From Nitrospinaceae bacterium (GTDB taxonomy: Bacteria; Nitrospinota; Nitrospinia; Nitrospinales; Nitrospinaceae): a stretch of DNA of 64,000 nucleotides. The position numbers were made by a program, and so were the translations under genes. The stretch spans positions 2,528,001 to 2,592,000 of the forward strand of contig OZ245011.1 in assembly GCA_965223665.1 (NCBI GenBank), in the 5' to 3' direction. Below, piece by piece: positions 30,353 to 42,100 of this stretch. The notes under the pieces are model-generated. The model was given only the letters and a program-made list of their open reading frames with translations, made no database searches and was not told the origin of the DNA. Numbering within the stretch: position 1 is the stretch's first letter; the number at the start of each line of letters is the position of its first letter.

Positions 30353-33300
30353 TTACGGCAATGTATAATTAATAGTCAACTTGGGCATTCCGGTTGCAGC
30401 TTCACTTGAGTCGAAAATCATCCCATTAATGGTACCATCCCCTCGTATTACGATTCCTTCATTACTAATACTTCCATCAATCCAACCTTGCACTAAATCA
30501 ATTCCATCTTGATTCAAGTCAATAACATTTTCCCCCAAAGCATCAATTGGAACCGTACCTAATACATCCGTTCCTATGGCGGAGCCACCTGTAAAGGTAT
30601 TCCAGTTGACTGTTCCTTCGGTCCAGGAAGTTTGAGATTGATAAATAAAACTTTGTCCTGGACTGCTATTAAATATATCTATAGTAATACTAACCGATTG
30701 AACAATTGCATTGGTTGGAACCGATGATATATCCCAAGAAATAACTGAGAATAATTCTCCAAATGTCCGAGTTACAGGGTCACGCTCACGGCCATCAGAC
30801 CACAATTCTACATCTGTACCGTTATTGACAGTTGGAGCCGTTTCTTCAAGATAAGCATCTTGAGTTCCAGAATATCCGGGATCCGGTTCAACTCCATCCT
30901 GAAAACTTATAAAAAAGCCAACCACTTCAATCGTCACATTCTGCGTATCCGTTCCCGTATTGCCCGCAGTATCCGTCGCACTCCACGTCACGACAGTTGT
31001 GCCCACCGGAAACGTCGCAGGCGCATCATTCGTCGGTGTGATCGAACCATCGACTAAATCATTGGCCGTGCCGGTCCCTAAGTTTGGAGTCGTATTCGTT
31101 GTCGTGATATCCGCAGGCGCTGTCACTGTCGGCGGAGTCGTGTCTGTCACCGTTACGTTCTGTGTATCCGTTCCTGTATTGCCTGAACTGTCCGTTGCGC
31201 TCCAGGTCACCACCGTCAACCCGACCGGGAACCCACCCGCAGGTGCATCATTCGTCGGGACCAACGACCCATCCACATCGTCATTCGCCGTACCCGTGCC
31301 CAACGCCACTGTCGTCGTCGGGCCTGTCGCTTCCGTCGTCACATCTGCAGGCGCTGTCACTACGGGAGGCGTCGTGTCTTCTGTGATCGTTACGTTCTGC
31401 GTATCCGTTCCCGTATTGCCCGCAGTATCCGTCGCACTCCACGTCACGACAGTTGTGCCCACCGGAAACGTCGCAGGCGCATCATTCGTCGGTGTGATCG
31501 AACCATCGACTAAATCATTGGCCGTGCCGGTCCCTAAGTTTGGAGTCGTATTCGTTGTCGTGATATCCGCAGGCGCTGTCACTGTCGGCGGAGTCGTGTC
31601 TGTCACCGTTACGTTCTGTGTATCCGTTCCTGTATTGCCTGAACTGTCCGTTGCGCTCCAGGTCACCACCGTCAACCCGACCGGGAACCCACCCGCAGGT
31701 GCATCATTCGTCGGGACCAACGACCCATCCACATCGTCATTCGCCGTACCCGTGCCCAACGCCACTGTCGTCGTCGGGCCTGTCGCTTCCGTCGTCACAT
31801 CTGCAGGCGCTGTCACTACGGGAGGCGTCGTGTCTTCTGTGATCGTTACGTTCTGCGTATCCGTTCCCGTATTGCCCGCAGTATCCGTCGCACTCCACGT
31901 CACGACGGTCGTGCCCACCGGGAACGTGCCCGGGGAATCATTCGTCGGTGTGATCGAACCATCGACTAAATCATTGGCCGTGCCGGTCCCTAAGTTTGGA
32001 GTCGTATTCGTTGTCGTGATATCCGCAGGCGCTGTCACAGTCGGCGGAGTCGTGTCCGTCACCGTTACGTTCTGTGTATCCGTTCCTGTATTACCTGAAC
32101 TGTCCGTTGCACTCCAGGTCACCACCGTCAATCCGACCGGGAATCCTGCTGGAGGTGCATCATTCGTCGGGACCAACGGCCCATCCACATCGTCATTCGC
32201 CGTACCCGTGCCCAACGCCACTGTCGTCGTCGGGCCTGTCGCTTCCGTCGTCACATCTGCAGGCGCCGTCACTACCGGCGGCGTCGTGTCTTCTGTGATC
32301 GTTACGTTCTGCGTATCCGTTCCCGTATTGCCCGCAGTATCCGTCGCACTCCACGTCACGACGGTCGTGCCCACCGGGAACGTGCCCGGGGAATCATTCG
32401 TCGGTGTGATCGAACCGTCCACCAGGTCTGTCGCGGTTCCTGTACCTAACGCGGGAGTCGTATTCGTTGTCGTGATATCCGCAGGCGCTGTCACTGTCGG
32501 CGGAGTCGTGTCCGTCACCGTTACGTTCTGTGTATCCGTTCCTGTATTGCCTGAACTGTCCGTTGCACTCCAGGTCACCACCGTCAATCCGACCGGGAAT
32601 CCTGCTGGAGGTGCATCATTCGTCGGGACCAACGGTCCATCCACATCGTCATTCGCCGTACCCGTGCCCAACGCCACTGTCGTCGTCGGGCCTGTCGCTT
32701 CCGTCGTCACATCTGCAGGCGCTGTCACTACGGGAGGCGTCGTGTCTTCTGTGATCGTTACGTTCTGCGTATCCGTTCCCGTATTGCCCGCAGTATCCGT
32801 CGCACTCCACGTCACGACAGTTGTGCCCACCGGAAACGTGCCCGGGGAATCATTCGTCGGTGTGATCGAACCATCGACTAAATCATTGGCCGTGCCGGTC
32901 CCTAAGTTTGGAGTCGTATCCGTCGTCGTGATATCCGCAGGCGCTGTCACAGTCGGCGGAGTCGTGTCCGTCACCGTTACGTTCTGTGTATCCGTTCCCG
33001 TATTACCTGAACTGTCCGTTGCACTCCAGGTCACCACCGTCAATCCGACCGGGAATCCTGCTGGAGGTGCATCATTCGTCGGGACCAACGGCCCATCCAC
33101 ATCGTCATTCGCCGTACCCGTGCCCAACGCCACTGTCGTCGTCGGGCCTGTCGCTTCCGTCGTCACATCTGCAGGCGCTGTCACTACGGGAGGCGTCGTG
33201 TCTTCTGTGATCGTTACGTTCTGCGTATCCGTTCCCGTATTGCCCGCAGTATCCGTCGCACTCCACGTCACGACGGTCGTGCCCACCGGGAACGTGCCCG

Positions 33301-36300
33301 GGGAATCATTCGTCGGTGTGATCGAACCGTCCACCAGGTCTGTCGCGGTTCCTGTACCTAACGCGGGAGTCGTATTCGTTGTCGTGATATCCGCAGGCGC
33401 TGTCACTGTCGGCGGAGTCGTGTCCGTCACCGTTACGTTCTGTGTATCCGTTCCTGTATTACCTGAACTGTCCGTTGCACTCCAGGTCACCACCGTCAAT
33501 CCGACCGGGAATCCTGCTGGAGGTGCATCATTCGTCGGGACCAACGGTCCATCCACATCGTCATTCGCCGTACCCGTGCCCAACGCCACTGTCGTCGTCG
33601 GGCCTGTCGCTTCCGTCGTCACATCTGCAGGCGCCGTCACTACCGGCGGGGTCGTGTCGCCTGAACTGGTAATATCATAGGTAACGGTAAGTTTTGGTCT
33701 TCCCGTTGTAGCTTCACTTGAGTCGAAACCGATTCCATTGTTAGTACCTGCGCTTCTTACCACAATCCCATTATTGGGAATGGTACCGTCTATCCAACCT
33801 TGGACCAAATTGACACCATCAACTCCTAAACTAAATTCTTGCTCATTAAATAAGAAAGGACCGATAGTACCCAAAACCGTAGTTCCCATTGAACCGGTGC
33901 CTCCAAAATTACCCCAAGTCACCGTGTCTTCAGTCCATGTTGAGTTCGCTTGAAGAAAATCGTGATTTCCTGAAGAATCATTAAAGAAATCTAATGTAAT
34001 ACTTACAGCGGTTACGGTAGCATTAGAAGGTATAGATGTAACATCCCATGAGATTACAGAGACAACCTCACCGAATAATCCATTTACAGGGTCAGGCGCT
34101 ACTCCATCCGCCCACAATTCCGATGTATTGTCATTTACATCAGGAGAAGTTTCTCTAAGCAAAGCGTCTTGCGTGCCTAAATAAAGAATATCCGGTTCAA
34201 CCTCATTTTGGAAACTTGTCGTATTGCTACCTTCTACAGTGGGTACTTGAACAATAACTTGTTGCGTTGCTGTTCCTGCATTTGCAGCTGCATCGAGTGC
34301 TGTCCAGGTAACAATTGTGGTGCCTAAAGGATACCCCCCCGCAGGAGCATCGTTGGTCAATGAAACCACTCCAATATTATCTGTTGCAGTAGCAGTACCA
34401 ATGTTAACAGGGGTTAAACTACCCGTGGAAACAGCTGTCACATCGGGAGGTGGTGTCACTACTGGGGGTTCAGTATCTCCAGTGACCGGAGTCGTATAGG
34501 TTACAGTTAATTTTGGTTTTCCCGTTGCCGCTTCACTGGAATTAATAAAAATTCCGTCGTTATTATTATTTACTTGTTTGACTACAATACCATTATTATT
34601 AATGGAACCATCTATCCAACCTTGTAATAGATTGAGACCATCCGCATTGAGGGTAATAACATTTTCTCCAAAAATTCCTGGACTGATTGTTCCAATGGCT
34701 GTTGTCCCAACATTGGTTGAAGATCCACCTAAAATATTCCACGTCACAGTGGCCTCATTCCAAGAAGTCAATACTTCGAATAAATCATAATTGCCTCCAC
34801 TTACATTGGTCAGTTCTAAAGAAATACTGGCAGAGTCAACTGTCGCATCAATAGGAATAGAGGAAATATCCCAAGAAATTACCGAAATCACTTCGCCGAA
34901 TGTTCCATTTGTTGGGTCAGGTTGTACTAAATCTGCACTTAGGGAGGTTTCATCTCCTCGAGGTGTATCCGGAGAAGATTGACGAAGTAAAGAATCCTGG
35001 GTTCCAGCATAACTCGAATCCGGTTCAACCCCATCTTGGAAACTTACAGTAGTGGGTCCACCCGATCCAGCTGCTTGTACGGCGATAACTTGAGTATCCG
35101 TTCCAATATTTCCAGCGGCATCGTCTGCCGTCCAGGTAACAATCGTCGTTCCCTGGGGAAATCCATCCTCAGGTGCATCATTGGTCAAAGAAGTCACTCC
35201 AACGGCATCAGTGGCTGTAGCGGTACCAATATCAACCGGTGTTAACGGACCCGTTTCCGTAACTGTAATGTCTGCCGGAGCAGTTACTACCGGAGCCGTT
35301 GTATCTTCAATAGTTACATTTTGTGTATCCGTATTTATGTTTCCTGAAGTGTCTGTAACAGTCCAGGTAACTAGAGTGAGGCCTACCGGAAAACCACCTG
35401 CAGGTGCATCATTAGTGACTGAAGCAACCCCAACGTTATCTGATGTCGTTGGTGTCCCTAAAGAAACCGGAGTAGCGGGAGCCGTCGCTTCCATTGTGAT
35501 ATCTGCCGGTGCAGTGATGGTAGGTAATACATCATCTACTACTGTTATCGTTTGAGTATCAGTACCAATATTCCCCGCCGCATCCATGGCCGTCCAGGTT
35601 ACGATGGTTGCCCCTGCTGGGAACCCACCTGGAGGTGCATTATTTGTAAGTGATGTCACTCCTACATTGTCCGTTGCTGTGGCTGTGCCAATATCAACAG
35701 GTGTTAAGGGACCCGTAGCAGGAGTTGTAATATCTGCCGGAGCTGTCACAACAGGTGGTTCTGTATCTGTTCCTGCGGGAATAGTATAAGAAATTGCAAT
35801 TTTAGGACGACTTGTTGCTGTTGCCGCTTCACTGGAATGCACGCCCATTCCGTTATTACTACCCGAGGTTTGAATTAAAAATCCATTATTGGGAATTGTT
35901 CCATCGATCCACCCCTGAACTAAATCAATTCCGGCTTGATTTAAGGACACAATGTTCTCATTAAACGTAAGAGGAGGAATTGATCCAAATATCGTACTCC
36001 CCACTGTAGTATTATGACTGATTATACTCCAGGAAACTTCATCCTCTGTCCAACCCGCTTCTACTTCCACTATGTCATGGGCCACCGGTGAATCATTAAA
36101 AACATTAAATGAAACATCTACTGAACTGACCACGGCATTAGGTGGTATAGCCGAAAGATCCCATTTTGTAACAAAAGTTAATTCTCCAAATAATCCTGTA
36201 TCCGGGTCCTGTGATACCCCATCTCCCCAAAGTTCGGTATCGTCTCCTAAATTTTTATGTCGCGAAGTTTCAGTTAAAGTTGAATCCTCTGTCCCAAAAT

Positions 36301-38854
36301 AAAAGGCACTTGGCTCCACCCCATCCTGGAAACTAATGGTGTTTGGGCTGGTAGCAGTGGGAACTCTTACTGTTACATTTTGCGAATCGGTTCCCGTATT
36401 ACCTGCCGCGTCCGTTGCGGTCCAAATTACTATAGTGGTTCCCAAAGGAAACCCACCTGCCGGTGCGTCATTGGTTATGGAAGCTACACCAATATCATCC
36501 ACTGCAGCAGCGGTTCCTAGAGACACAGAAGTTTGGTCCCCAGTAGAATCCACCACTACATCCGGTGGAGCAATGATTGATGGAGAAATACTGTCTGCAC
36601 CGGTTGGCAACGTATAAGTCACAGACAACCGCGGACGGGTGTCCGTTTGCCTGGAAAAAAACCGAATGGCGTTCCACCAGTCAGGATGCTCGCCTGGACC
36701 AGCATTCTGCACCGCCAATCCATTATTGGTAATGCTGCCATCCACCCAACCCTGAATTACACTAATTCCTGCAGCATTCAATGGAATTGTGTTCAATGCA
36801 AACTTCTGGGGTGTGATGGTTCCCATGATCGTGGAACTTACATTGGTGGTTCCGCCTAATGAATTCCAGGTCGCTCCTGTTTCTGTCCATGAAGTCAGTA
36901 TTTCATGCAGATGATAGGAAGTTTCACTACGGTTAAATAAATCAAAATACACGGTGGCCGATTGAATCGTTGCATTCGATGGAATCGATGATAAATCCCA
37001 GGACACCAACACCAGAGCATCACCTTCTATCGTATTTTCGAATCGCCCATGTGCGATCAATTCAGCTTTGGTTCCGTAATTCGTATCCGGTGCCCCTTCA
37101 AAAATATAAGTATCCCGGGTTCCATTGTATCCGGAGTGGGGGTACGTCCCATCCTGAAAGTGTGCTGAGTAAACAGGTGGATCTACAAAACTCGGAGTAA
37201 AACTGAACTGGCTCCCAGGGGCTGGAATCGCCGTATTGGATTCGTGATCCTGAACGTTGGTCACTGTAAGGTTGTACGTCGTTGTGTTACTCAATTCTGA
37301 AGTCAGTAACCTCACGGTTCGATAATCATCCAACAGTTCTGCAGCCGTAATGGTAGCTCCGTTATCTAATACATAGTTAGCAGAATTCTCGGCACTTACT
37401 TTTTCCAAAGGCTCCGAAAACTGTACTTCTAATGTCAACGGATTCGGCGCATAGACAGAAAACATCTCCGGAGGAAACGTATTCAAATCATGAGTAATCG
37501 TAAACTGGTCTTCGATTTTACCCAGGGAATCAATAAAGATCGCTTCCAGACGATTCTCATACACATCCAATACCATGGAACCTAATTTGTTTAATGGAAT
37601 ATACATTGCCGGATGACGGATCAATACCGAAGACAATTGCCCCGAACTTCCGGCCACGGCATAAACAGCGCCGTCATCCCCTACTTTCGTACCATCCGGA
37701 TTTAAGGCTTTGGTATAGGCCCCATCCGCCATATGCAGCGGTTCGGATTTACCATTCCCACTGTCTAAGGCATGAGTGCCCAGATTAAAAGTCGTCTGAT
37801 CCCCATAATGTCCATTCAGAAAATAAGACCGCTCATAAGAATGACTGTGACCCGACAACACTAAATCCACTCCATTGCTTTCCAGAATAGGAACAATGTT
37901 CTCACGCATTTCAATTAATATTTGCTCTAAATTGGAGTTATGAGAACCTCTTGAATAAGGAGGATGGTGCCAATACGCAATGATCCATTCCTTATCATTG
38001 GCCGCTAAATCACTCTGCAACCAGGTGATCATTGAGGAAGGTGCAACTCGGGGATGACCAAACGAATCCAAGACAATAAAGTGAATATTGCCGTAATCAA
38101 ACGAATAATACGCCTCAGTTCCCGAGGCCACTCCACCGGCTTCTGCCGCTCGTGGTAACTGCCAGATATCAAAATAGGTCCCGGTTTCACTTCCCGAAGT
38201 GGCACTGCCAGCATCATGATTCCCAAACGTTGGCCACACTGATACATTCCTTAAAAATTCCGGATACATCAGGAAAACGCCATCGTGGTGGTCGCGATCG
38301 TCACCATCTTCATAGGCATTGTCTCCCAGCATCAACCAGATATCCGGATCACGGTCTTTTGTATAATTCTTAAATCGTTCACCCACCACTAAGGCACGGA
38401 TGTCCCCAGTCCCGGAATCTCCTACCGCCCAAATCCGAATCGGCTTTGCTGTCCCAGGGGTTGGGGGAGTTTTAAAGCTTCCATTGAGTTTGGTTTCTGT
38501 GGAAGGTGTGGTCGATGTTCCGACTGCATAATAGTAACGGGTATCGGCCGTCAAACTGAGAGTCACTTCATATTCTCGCCAGTCCTCAGGACAATAACTA
38601 CAAGACTTGGTCACTGCTGTCGCATCGGTTACTACGGTGGTTAAACTTCCCGGAGACGTCCCAAAATGAATGCTGTCATTGAAATCCTCGGAAGCGGGAA
38701 CGCGCCACTTCACAATTACGCTATTGGGGGTAAGAGTTTGGAGGAAAGGACCCCAATCATTTATATCCGCAAAAGCTGTTTTCCCAAAAAACAAAAAACA
38801 TAGAGTTATTGCAAAAAACCATTTATGGTTTTTTGTAGTAACAAAACCGGCCAT
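30353..38854 (-). CDS. Giant secreted PAP-like metallophosphoesterase with 5 DNRLRE-like and 17 HYR domains (paralog B)
   Basis: Same PAP motifs as paralog A; GGAGG RBS before ATG 38854; includes a 12-HYR tandem stalk. Confidence 0.85.
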   Translation of the reverse strand: MAGFVTTKNHKWFFAITLCFLFFGKTAFADINDWGPFLQTLTPNSVIVKWRVPASEDFNDSIHFGTSPGSLTTVVTDATAVTKSCSYCPEDWREYEVTLSLTADTRYYYAVGTSTTPSTETKLNGSFKTPPTPGTAKPIRIWAVGDSGTGDIRALVVGERFKNYTKDRDPDIWLMLGDNAYEDGDDRDHHDGVFLMYPEFLRNVSVWPTFGNHDAGSATSGSETGTYFDIWQLPRAAEAGGVASGTEAYYSFDYGNIHFIVLDSFGHPRVAPSSMITWLQSDLAANDKEWIIAYWHHPPYSRGSHNSNLEQILIEMRENIVPILESNGVDLVLSGHSHSYERSYFLNGHYGDQTTFNLGTHALDSGNGKSEPLHMADGAYTKALNPDGTKVGDDGAVYAVAGSSGQLSSVLIRHPAMYIPLNKLGSMVLDVYENRLEAIFIDSLGKIEDQFTITHDLNTFPPEMFSVYAPNPLTLEVQFSEPLEKVSAENSANYVLDNGATITAAELLDDYRTVRLLTSELSNTTTYNLTVTNVQDHESNTAIPAPGSQFSFTPSFVDPPVYSAHFQDGTYPHSGYNGTRDTYIFEGAPDTNYGTKAELIAHGRFENTIEGDALVLVSWDLSSIPSNATIQSATVYFDLFNRSETSYHLHEILTSWTETGATWNSLGGTTNVSSTIMGTITPQKFALNTIPLNAAGISVIQGWVDGSITNNGLAVQNAGPGEHPDWWNAIRFFSRQTDTRPRLSVTYTLPTGADSISPSIIAPPDVVVDSTGDQTSVSLGTAAAVDDIGVASITNDAPAGGFPLGTTIVIWTATDAAGNTGTDSQNVTVRVPTATSPNTISFQDGVEPSAFYFGTEDSTLTETSRHKNLGDDTELWGDGVSQDPDTGLFGELTFVTKWDLSAIPPNAVVSSVDVSFNVFNDSPVAHDIVEVEAGWTEDEVSWSIISHNTTVGSTIFGSIPPLTFNENIVSLNQAGIDLVQGWIDGTIPNNGFLIQTSGSNNGMGVHSSEAATATSRPKIAISYTIPAGTDTEPPVVTAPADITTPATGPLTPVDIGTATATDNVGVTSLTNNAPPGGFPAGATIVTWTAMDAAGNIGTDTQTITVVDDVLPTITAPADITMEATAPATPVSLGTPTTSDNVGVASVTNDAPAGGFPVGLTLVTWTVTDTSGNINTDTQNVTIEDTTAPVVTAPADITVTETGPLTPVDIGTATATDAVGVTSLTNDAPEDGFPQGTTIVTWTADDAAGNIGTDTQVIAVQAAGSGGPTTVSFQDGVEPDSSYAGTQDSLLRQSSPDTPRGDETSLSADLVQPDPTNGTFGEVISVISWDISSIPIDATVDSASISLELTNVSGGNYDLFEVLTSWNEATVTWNILGGSSTNVGTTAIGTISPGIFGENVITLNADGLNLLQGWIDGSINNNGIVVKQVNNNNDGIFINSSEAATGKPKLTVTYTTPVTGDTEPPVVTPPPDVTAVSTGSLTPVNIGTATATDNIGVVSLTNDAPAGGYPLGTTIVTWTALDAAANAGTATQQVIVQVPTVEGSNTTSFQNEVEPDILYLGTQDALLRETSPDVNDNTSELWADGVAPDPVNGLFGEVVSVISWDVTSIPSNATVTAVSITLDFFNDSSGNHDFLQANSTWTEDTVTWGNFGGTGSMGTTVLGTIGPFLFNEQEFSLGVDGVNLVQGWIDGTIPNNGIVVRSAGTNNGIGFDSSEATTGRPKLTVTYDITSSGDTTPPVVTAPADVTTEATGPTTTVALGTGTANDDVDGPLVPTNDAPPAGFPVGLTVVTWSATDSSGNTGTDTQNVTVTDTTPPTVTAPADITTTNTTPALGTGTATDLVDGSITPTNDSPGTFPVGTTVVTWSATDTAGNTGTDTQNVTITEDTTPPVVTAPADVTTEATGPTTTVALGTGTANDDVDGPLVPTNDAPPAGFPVGLTVVTWSATDSSGNTGTDTQNVTVTDTTPPTVTAPADITTTDTTPNLGTGTANDLVDGSITPTNDSPGTFPVGTTVVTWSATDTAGNTGTDTQNVTITEDTTPPVVTAPADVTTEATGPTTTVALGTGTANDDVDGPLVPTNDAPPAGFPVGLTVVTWSATDSSGNTGTDTQNVTVTDTTPPTVTAPADITTTNTTPALGTGTATDLVDGSITPTNDSPGTFPVGTTVVTWSATDTAGNTGTDTQNVTITEDTTPPVVTAPADVTTEATGPTTTVALGTGTANDDVDGPLVPTNDAPPAGFPVGLTVVTWSATDSSGNTGTDTQNVTVTDTTPPTVTAPADITTTNTTPNLGTGTANDLVDGSITPTNDSPGTFPVGTTVVTWSATDTAGNTGTDTQNVTITEDTTPPVVTAPADVTTEATGPTTTVALGTGTANDDVDGSLVPTNDAPAGGFPVGLTVVTWSATDSSGNTGTDTQNVTVTDTTPPTVTAPADITTTNTTPNLGTGTANDLVDGSITPTNDAPATFPVGTTVVTWSATDTAGNTGTDTQNVTITEDTTPPVVTAPADVTTEATGPTTTVALGTGTANDDVDGSLVPTNDAPAGGFPVGLTVVTWSATDSSGNTGTDTQNVTVTDTTPPTVTAPADITTTNTTPNLGTGTANDLVDGSITPTNDAPATFPVGTTVVTWSATDTAGNTGTDTQNVTIEVVGFFISFQDGVEPDPGYSGTQDAYLEETAPTVNNGTDVELWSDGRERDPVTRTFGELFSVISWDISSVPTNAIVQSVSITIDIFNSSPGQSFIYQSQTSWTEGTVNWNTFTGGSAIGTDVLGTVPIDALGENVIDLNQDGIDLVQGWIDGSISNEGIVIRGDGTINGMIFDSSEAATGMPKLTINYTLP
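30930..33657. repeat. Tandem repeat of 456 bp x6 (each unit encodes 2 HYR domains)
   Basis: Shadow ORFs recur at 31162, 31618, 32074, 32530, 32986 and 33442, a period of 456. Confidence 0.95.
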
Positions 38855-39029
38855 TTTCCCCTCCAAATATACTTTCGCTCCTTAAAAGTATCTATAACCT
38901 TTTCAGGTAGTTAAATAGTAATGTGTGTGACCATACCTTATCAGGTTGGGTAGATATTGCAAAAATAAATTCGCCTGTTTGGCGGTTAAATTTAAAAGTT
39001 TCAATACCGTAACAAATCAGCAATATTTC
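37074..39029. repeat. About 1.96-kb direct repeat, copy 1 (5' part and upstream region of paralog B)
   Basis: Appears identical to 43150-45105 (offset 6076); shadow ORFs are identical in both copies. Confidence 0.9.
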
Positions 39030-39155
39030 GGAAAGTTGATAAAAATATATTTTTTGATTGGATTAAATAAACTTTCGCTTGACGGAATGCAATTCCAGCA
39101 ATCAATTATGAGAAAGGACTAAATTTGCCACTTGTAGCAGCCAAAAACTAAATTT

Positions 39156-42100
39156 TTATGGCATCGTGTAATTGACAGTCAATTTAGGTCTACCAGTAAC
39201 CTCTTCACTAGAGTTCCATCCTATACCATCATTGGTTCCTGCACTACGAACCACAATTCCATTATTGGAAATCGATCCATCAATCCAACCCTGAACCAAA
39301 TTGGTTCCATCTATATTTAAAACAATTTCTTGCTCATTAAATAGGAAAGGATCGATAGTTCCCAGAACTATTGCACCAATGGAATCTGTTCCACCAAAAC
39401 TGTTCCAGGTAACAGAATCTTCTGACCAACTGGCGTTTGCTTGAAGAAAGTCATGAATGCCTGATGAACTATTGAAAAGATCTATAGTAATACTAACGGA
39501 TGTAACCACTGCATTTGTTGGAATTGGAGAAACATCCCAAGAAATAACTGATACCACCTCGCCAAATAAACCATTATTCGGATCCGGTGATACACCATCC
39601 GCCCATAATTCTAAATCATTGTCATTAATATCTGGAGAACTCTCTCTTAGTAGCGCATCTTGAGTTCCTAAATAAACAATACTCGGTGATACTTCATCCT
39701 GAAAACTTGTAGTATTACTTCCTGAAACGGTTGGAACCTGTATGGTTACTAATTGAATATCTGTACCGGTATTCCCCGAAGAGTCGGTAGCTGACCAGGT
39801 CACAACCGTTGTACCTACTGGGAACCCTCCGGCCGGGGCATCATTGGTCGGTACTAATGGACCATCCACATTATCGTTAGCGGTACCGGTACCTAAACTA
39901 ACCGGAGTCAGATCCCCTGTAGACACCGTCACAATATCCGCCGGTGCAGTTACTACTGGAGGAATCGTATCTCCTCCACCACTTGGTGTTGAGAAAGTAA
40001 TATTAAGTTTAGGTCTGTTAGTGGTTGCCTCACTGGAGTTAGCCCCGACGCCGTTGTTAGTGCCTGAAGTTTTAAGAACCAATCCGTTATTAGGAATACT
40101 GCCATCAATCCAACCCTGAACCAGACTGATTCCCTGCGCCGTTAAGTTGACCTCGGTTTCATCGAAGGAAAATCCAGGAATCGTGGCTATAATATCGGTG
40201 CCCACATTCGCAGACCCACCCCCAAAACTGTTCCAGGTTACCGTTCCCTCATTCCACGGGGTCAACGCCTGCAGGAAATTATACGGACCTGAACTCGCAT
40301 CAAAGAAATCCATCGTTATGCTCACCGATTGTACCGTCGCATTCGTTGGGATTCCCGACACATCCCAATTCACTACAGTCATCACTTCTCCAAACAAACC
40401 GTTACTCGGATCTGGAGCAACTGCATCAGACAACAGTTGCACATCCGTTCCCACATTTTGATCCGGAGAGGTCTGTCTTAAATAACTGTCCTGCACTCCC
40501 ACATAAGCCGGGTTCGGTTCCACTCCCTCCTGGAAACTCACCGCTTCCACTCCTCCAGATACCGGTATTTGTACCGTTACATTTTGCGTATCTGTACCCG
40601 TATTCCCTGAAGAGTCTGTAGCTGACCAGGTCACAACCGTTGTACCCACCGGGAATCCGCCTGCCGGGGCATCATTGGTCGGCACTAATGGACCATCCAC
40701 ATTATCGTTCGCGGTACCGGTACCTAAACTCACCGGAGTCAGATCTCCTGTAGACACCGTCACAATATCTGCCGGGGCTGTCACCACAGGGGGTTCCGTA
40801 TCACCACCGGTAGGTATCGAATAAGTGATCGTGATCTTAGGTCGATTCGTGGTCGCTTCACTCGAATTCGCTCCAACTCCATTATTGCTTCCACCGGTTT
40901 TCAGAACCAATCCATTATTGGCAATACTTCCATCAATCCAACCCTGAACTAAACTCAGACCCTCGGCCGTTAAATTCACCTCGGTTTCATTGAAGGAAAA
41001 TCCAGGAATCGTGGCTATAATATCGGTGCCCACATTCGCAGACCCACCCCCAAAACTGTTCCACGTTACGGTTCCCTCATTCCACGGGGTCAACGCCTGC
41101 AGGAAATTATACGGACCTGAACTCGCATCAAAGAAATCCATCGTTATGCTGGCGGAGGACACCACAGCCGTATTAGGAACTGAGGTTAAATCCCAGGACA
41201 CCACCGACATCACTTCCCCAAATAAACCGTTACTCGGATCCGGAGCAACCGCATCAGACAACAGTTGCACATCGGTTCCGAAATTTTGATCCGGAGACGT
41301 TTGTCTTAACAAACTATCCTGTGTTCCTGCATAGCCCGCATCCGGTAACACTCCTTCCTGGAAACTCACCGTTACCGGACCACCAGGGGCTTCCTGAACT
41401 GTGACCGATTGGGTGTCCGTTCCAGTATTCCCTGCTGCGTCCGTAGCGCTCCAGGTCACTATCGTGGTTCCCAGCGGAAACGTCCCAGGGGAATCGTTCG
41501 TGGGGGTAATAGCTCCGTCAACTAAATCATTGGCAGTTCCAGTCCCAATGTTCGGGGTCGTTTCAGTGGTCGTCAAATCAGACGGTGCCGTAACCGTTGG
41601 GGCTGTAGTATCTACAACCGTCACATCCTGAGTATCGGTTCCACTATTACCAGCCGCATCCATTGCGGTCCAGGTCACAGTCGTAGTACCCAGAGGAAAT
41701 TCTGCCGGGGCATCGTTAGTTAAAGAAGTAACACCTACATTATCTGTTGCGGTAGCTGTGCCAATATCCACTGGCGTTGTTGGACCGGTTGCTTCAAAGC
41801 CCACTATATCTGCAGGAGCCGTCACCACAGGAGGTTCCGTATCCGGACCCGTCAAAAGTGTGTAAGAAATAGTAATTTTAGGCCTGGTAGTTGCAGTGGT
41901 TGCCTCACTGGAATGCACGCCCATTCCATTATTACTTCCCGCAGTCTGGATATAAAAGCCACCATTTGGTATGGTGCCATCTACCCAGCCCTGCACAAGA
42001 TCAATACCTGCCTGATTTAAAGTGACAACATTCTCATTAAACGTAAGAGGAGGAATTGATCCAAATATCGTACTCCCCACCGTCGTGTTATGGCTGATAA

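Noticed and set aside
30930-33657. Tandem array considered as a CRISPR array
   Set aside because: Units are 456 bp, in frame and coding, with no short repeat/unique spacer structure and no cas genes.
30960-33680. 906-aa + strand ORF, and similar V/P/S-rich ORFs at 25333, 26383 and 35181
   Set aside because: Antisense shadows of the Thr/Asp/Gly-rich HYR repeats on the - strand; no independent RBS or domain.
38955-38980. Sigma54 promoter for the phosphatase genes
   Set aside because: GG-to-GC spacing on the - strand is 13 nt here and 8 nt upstream of paralog A, not the required 10.
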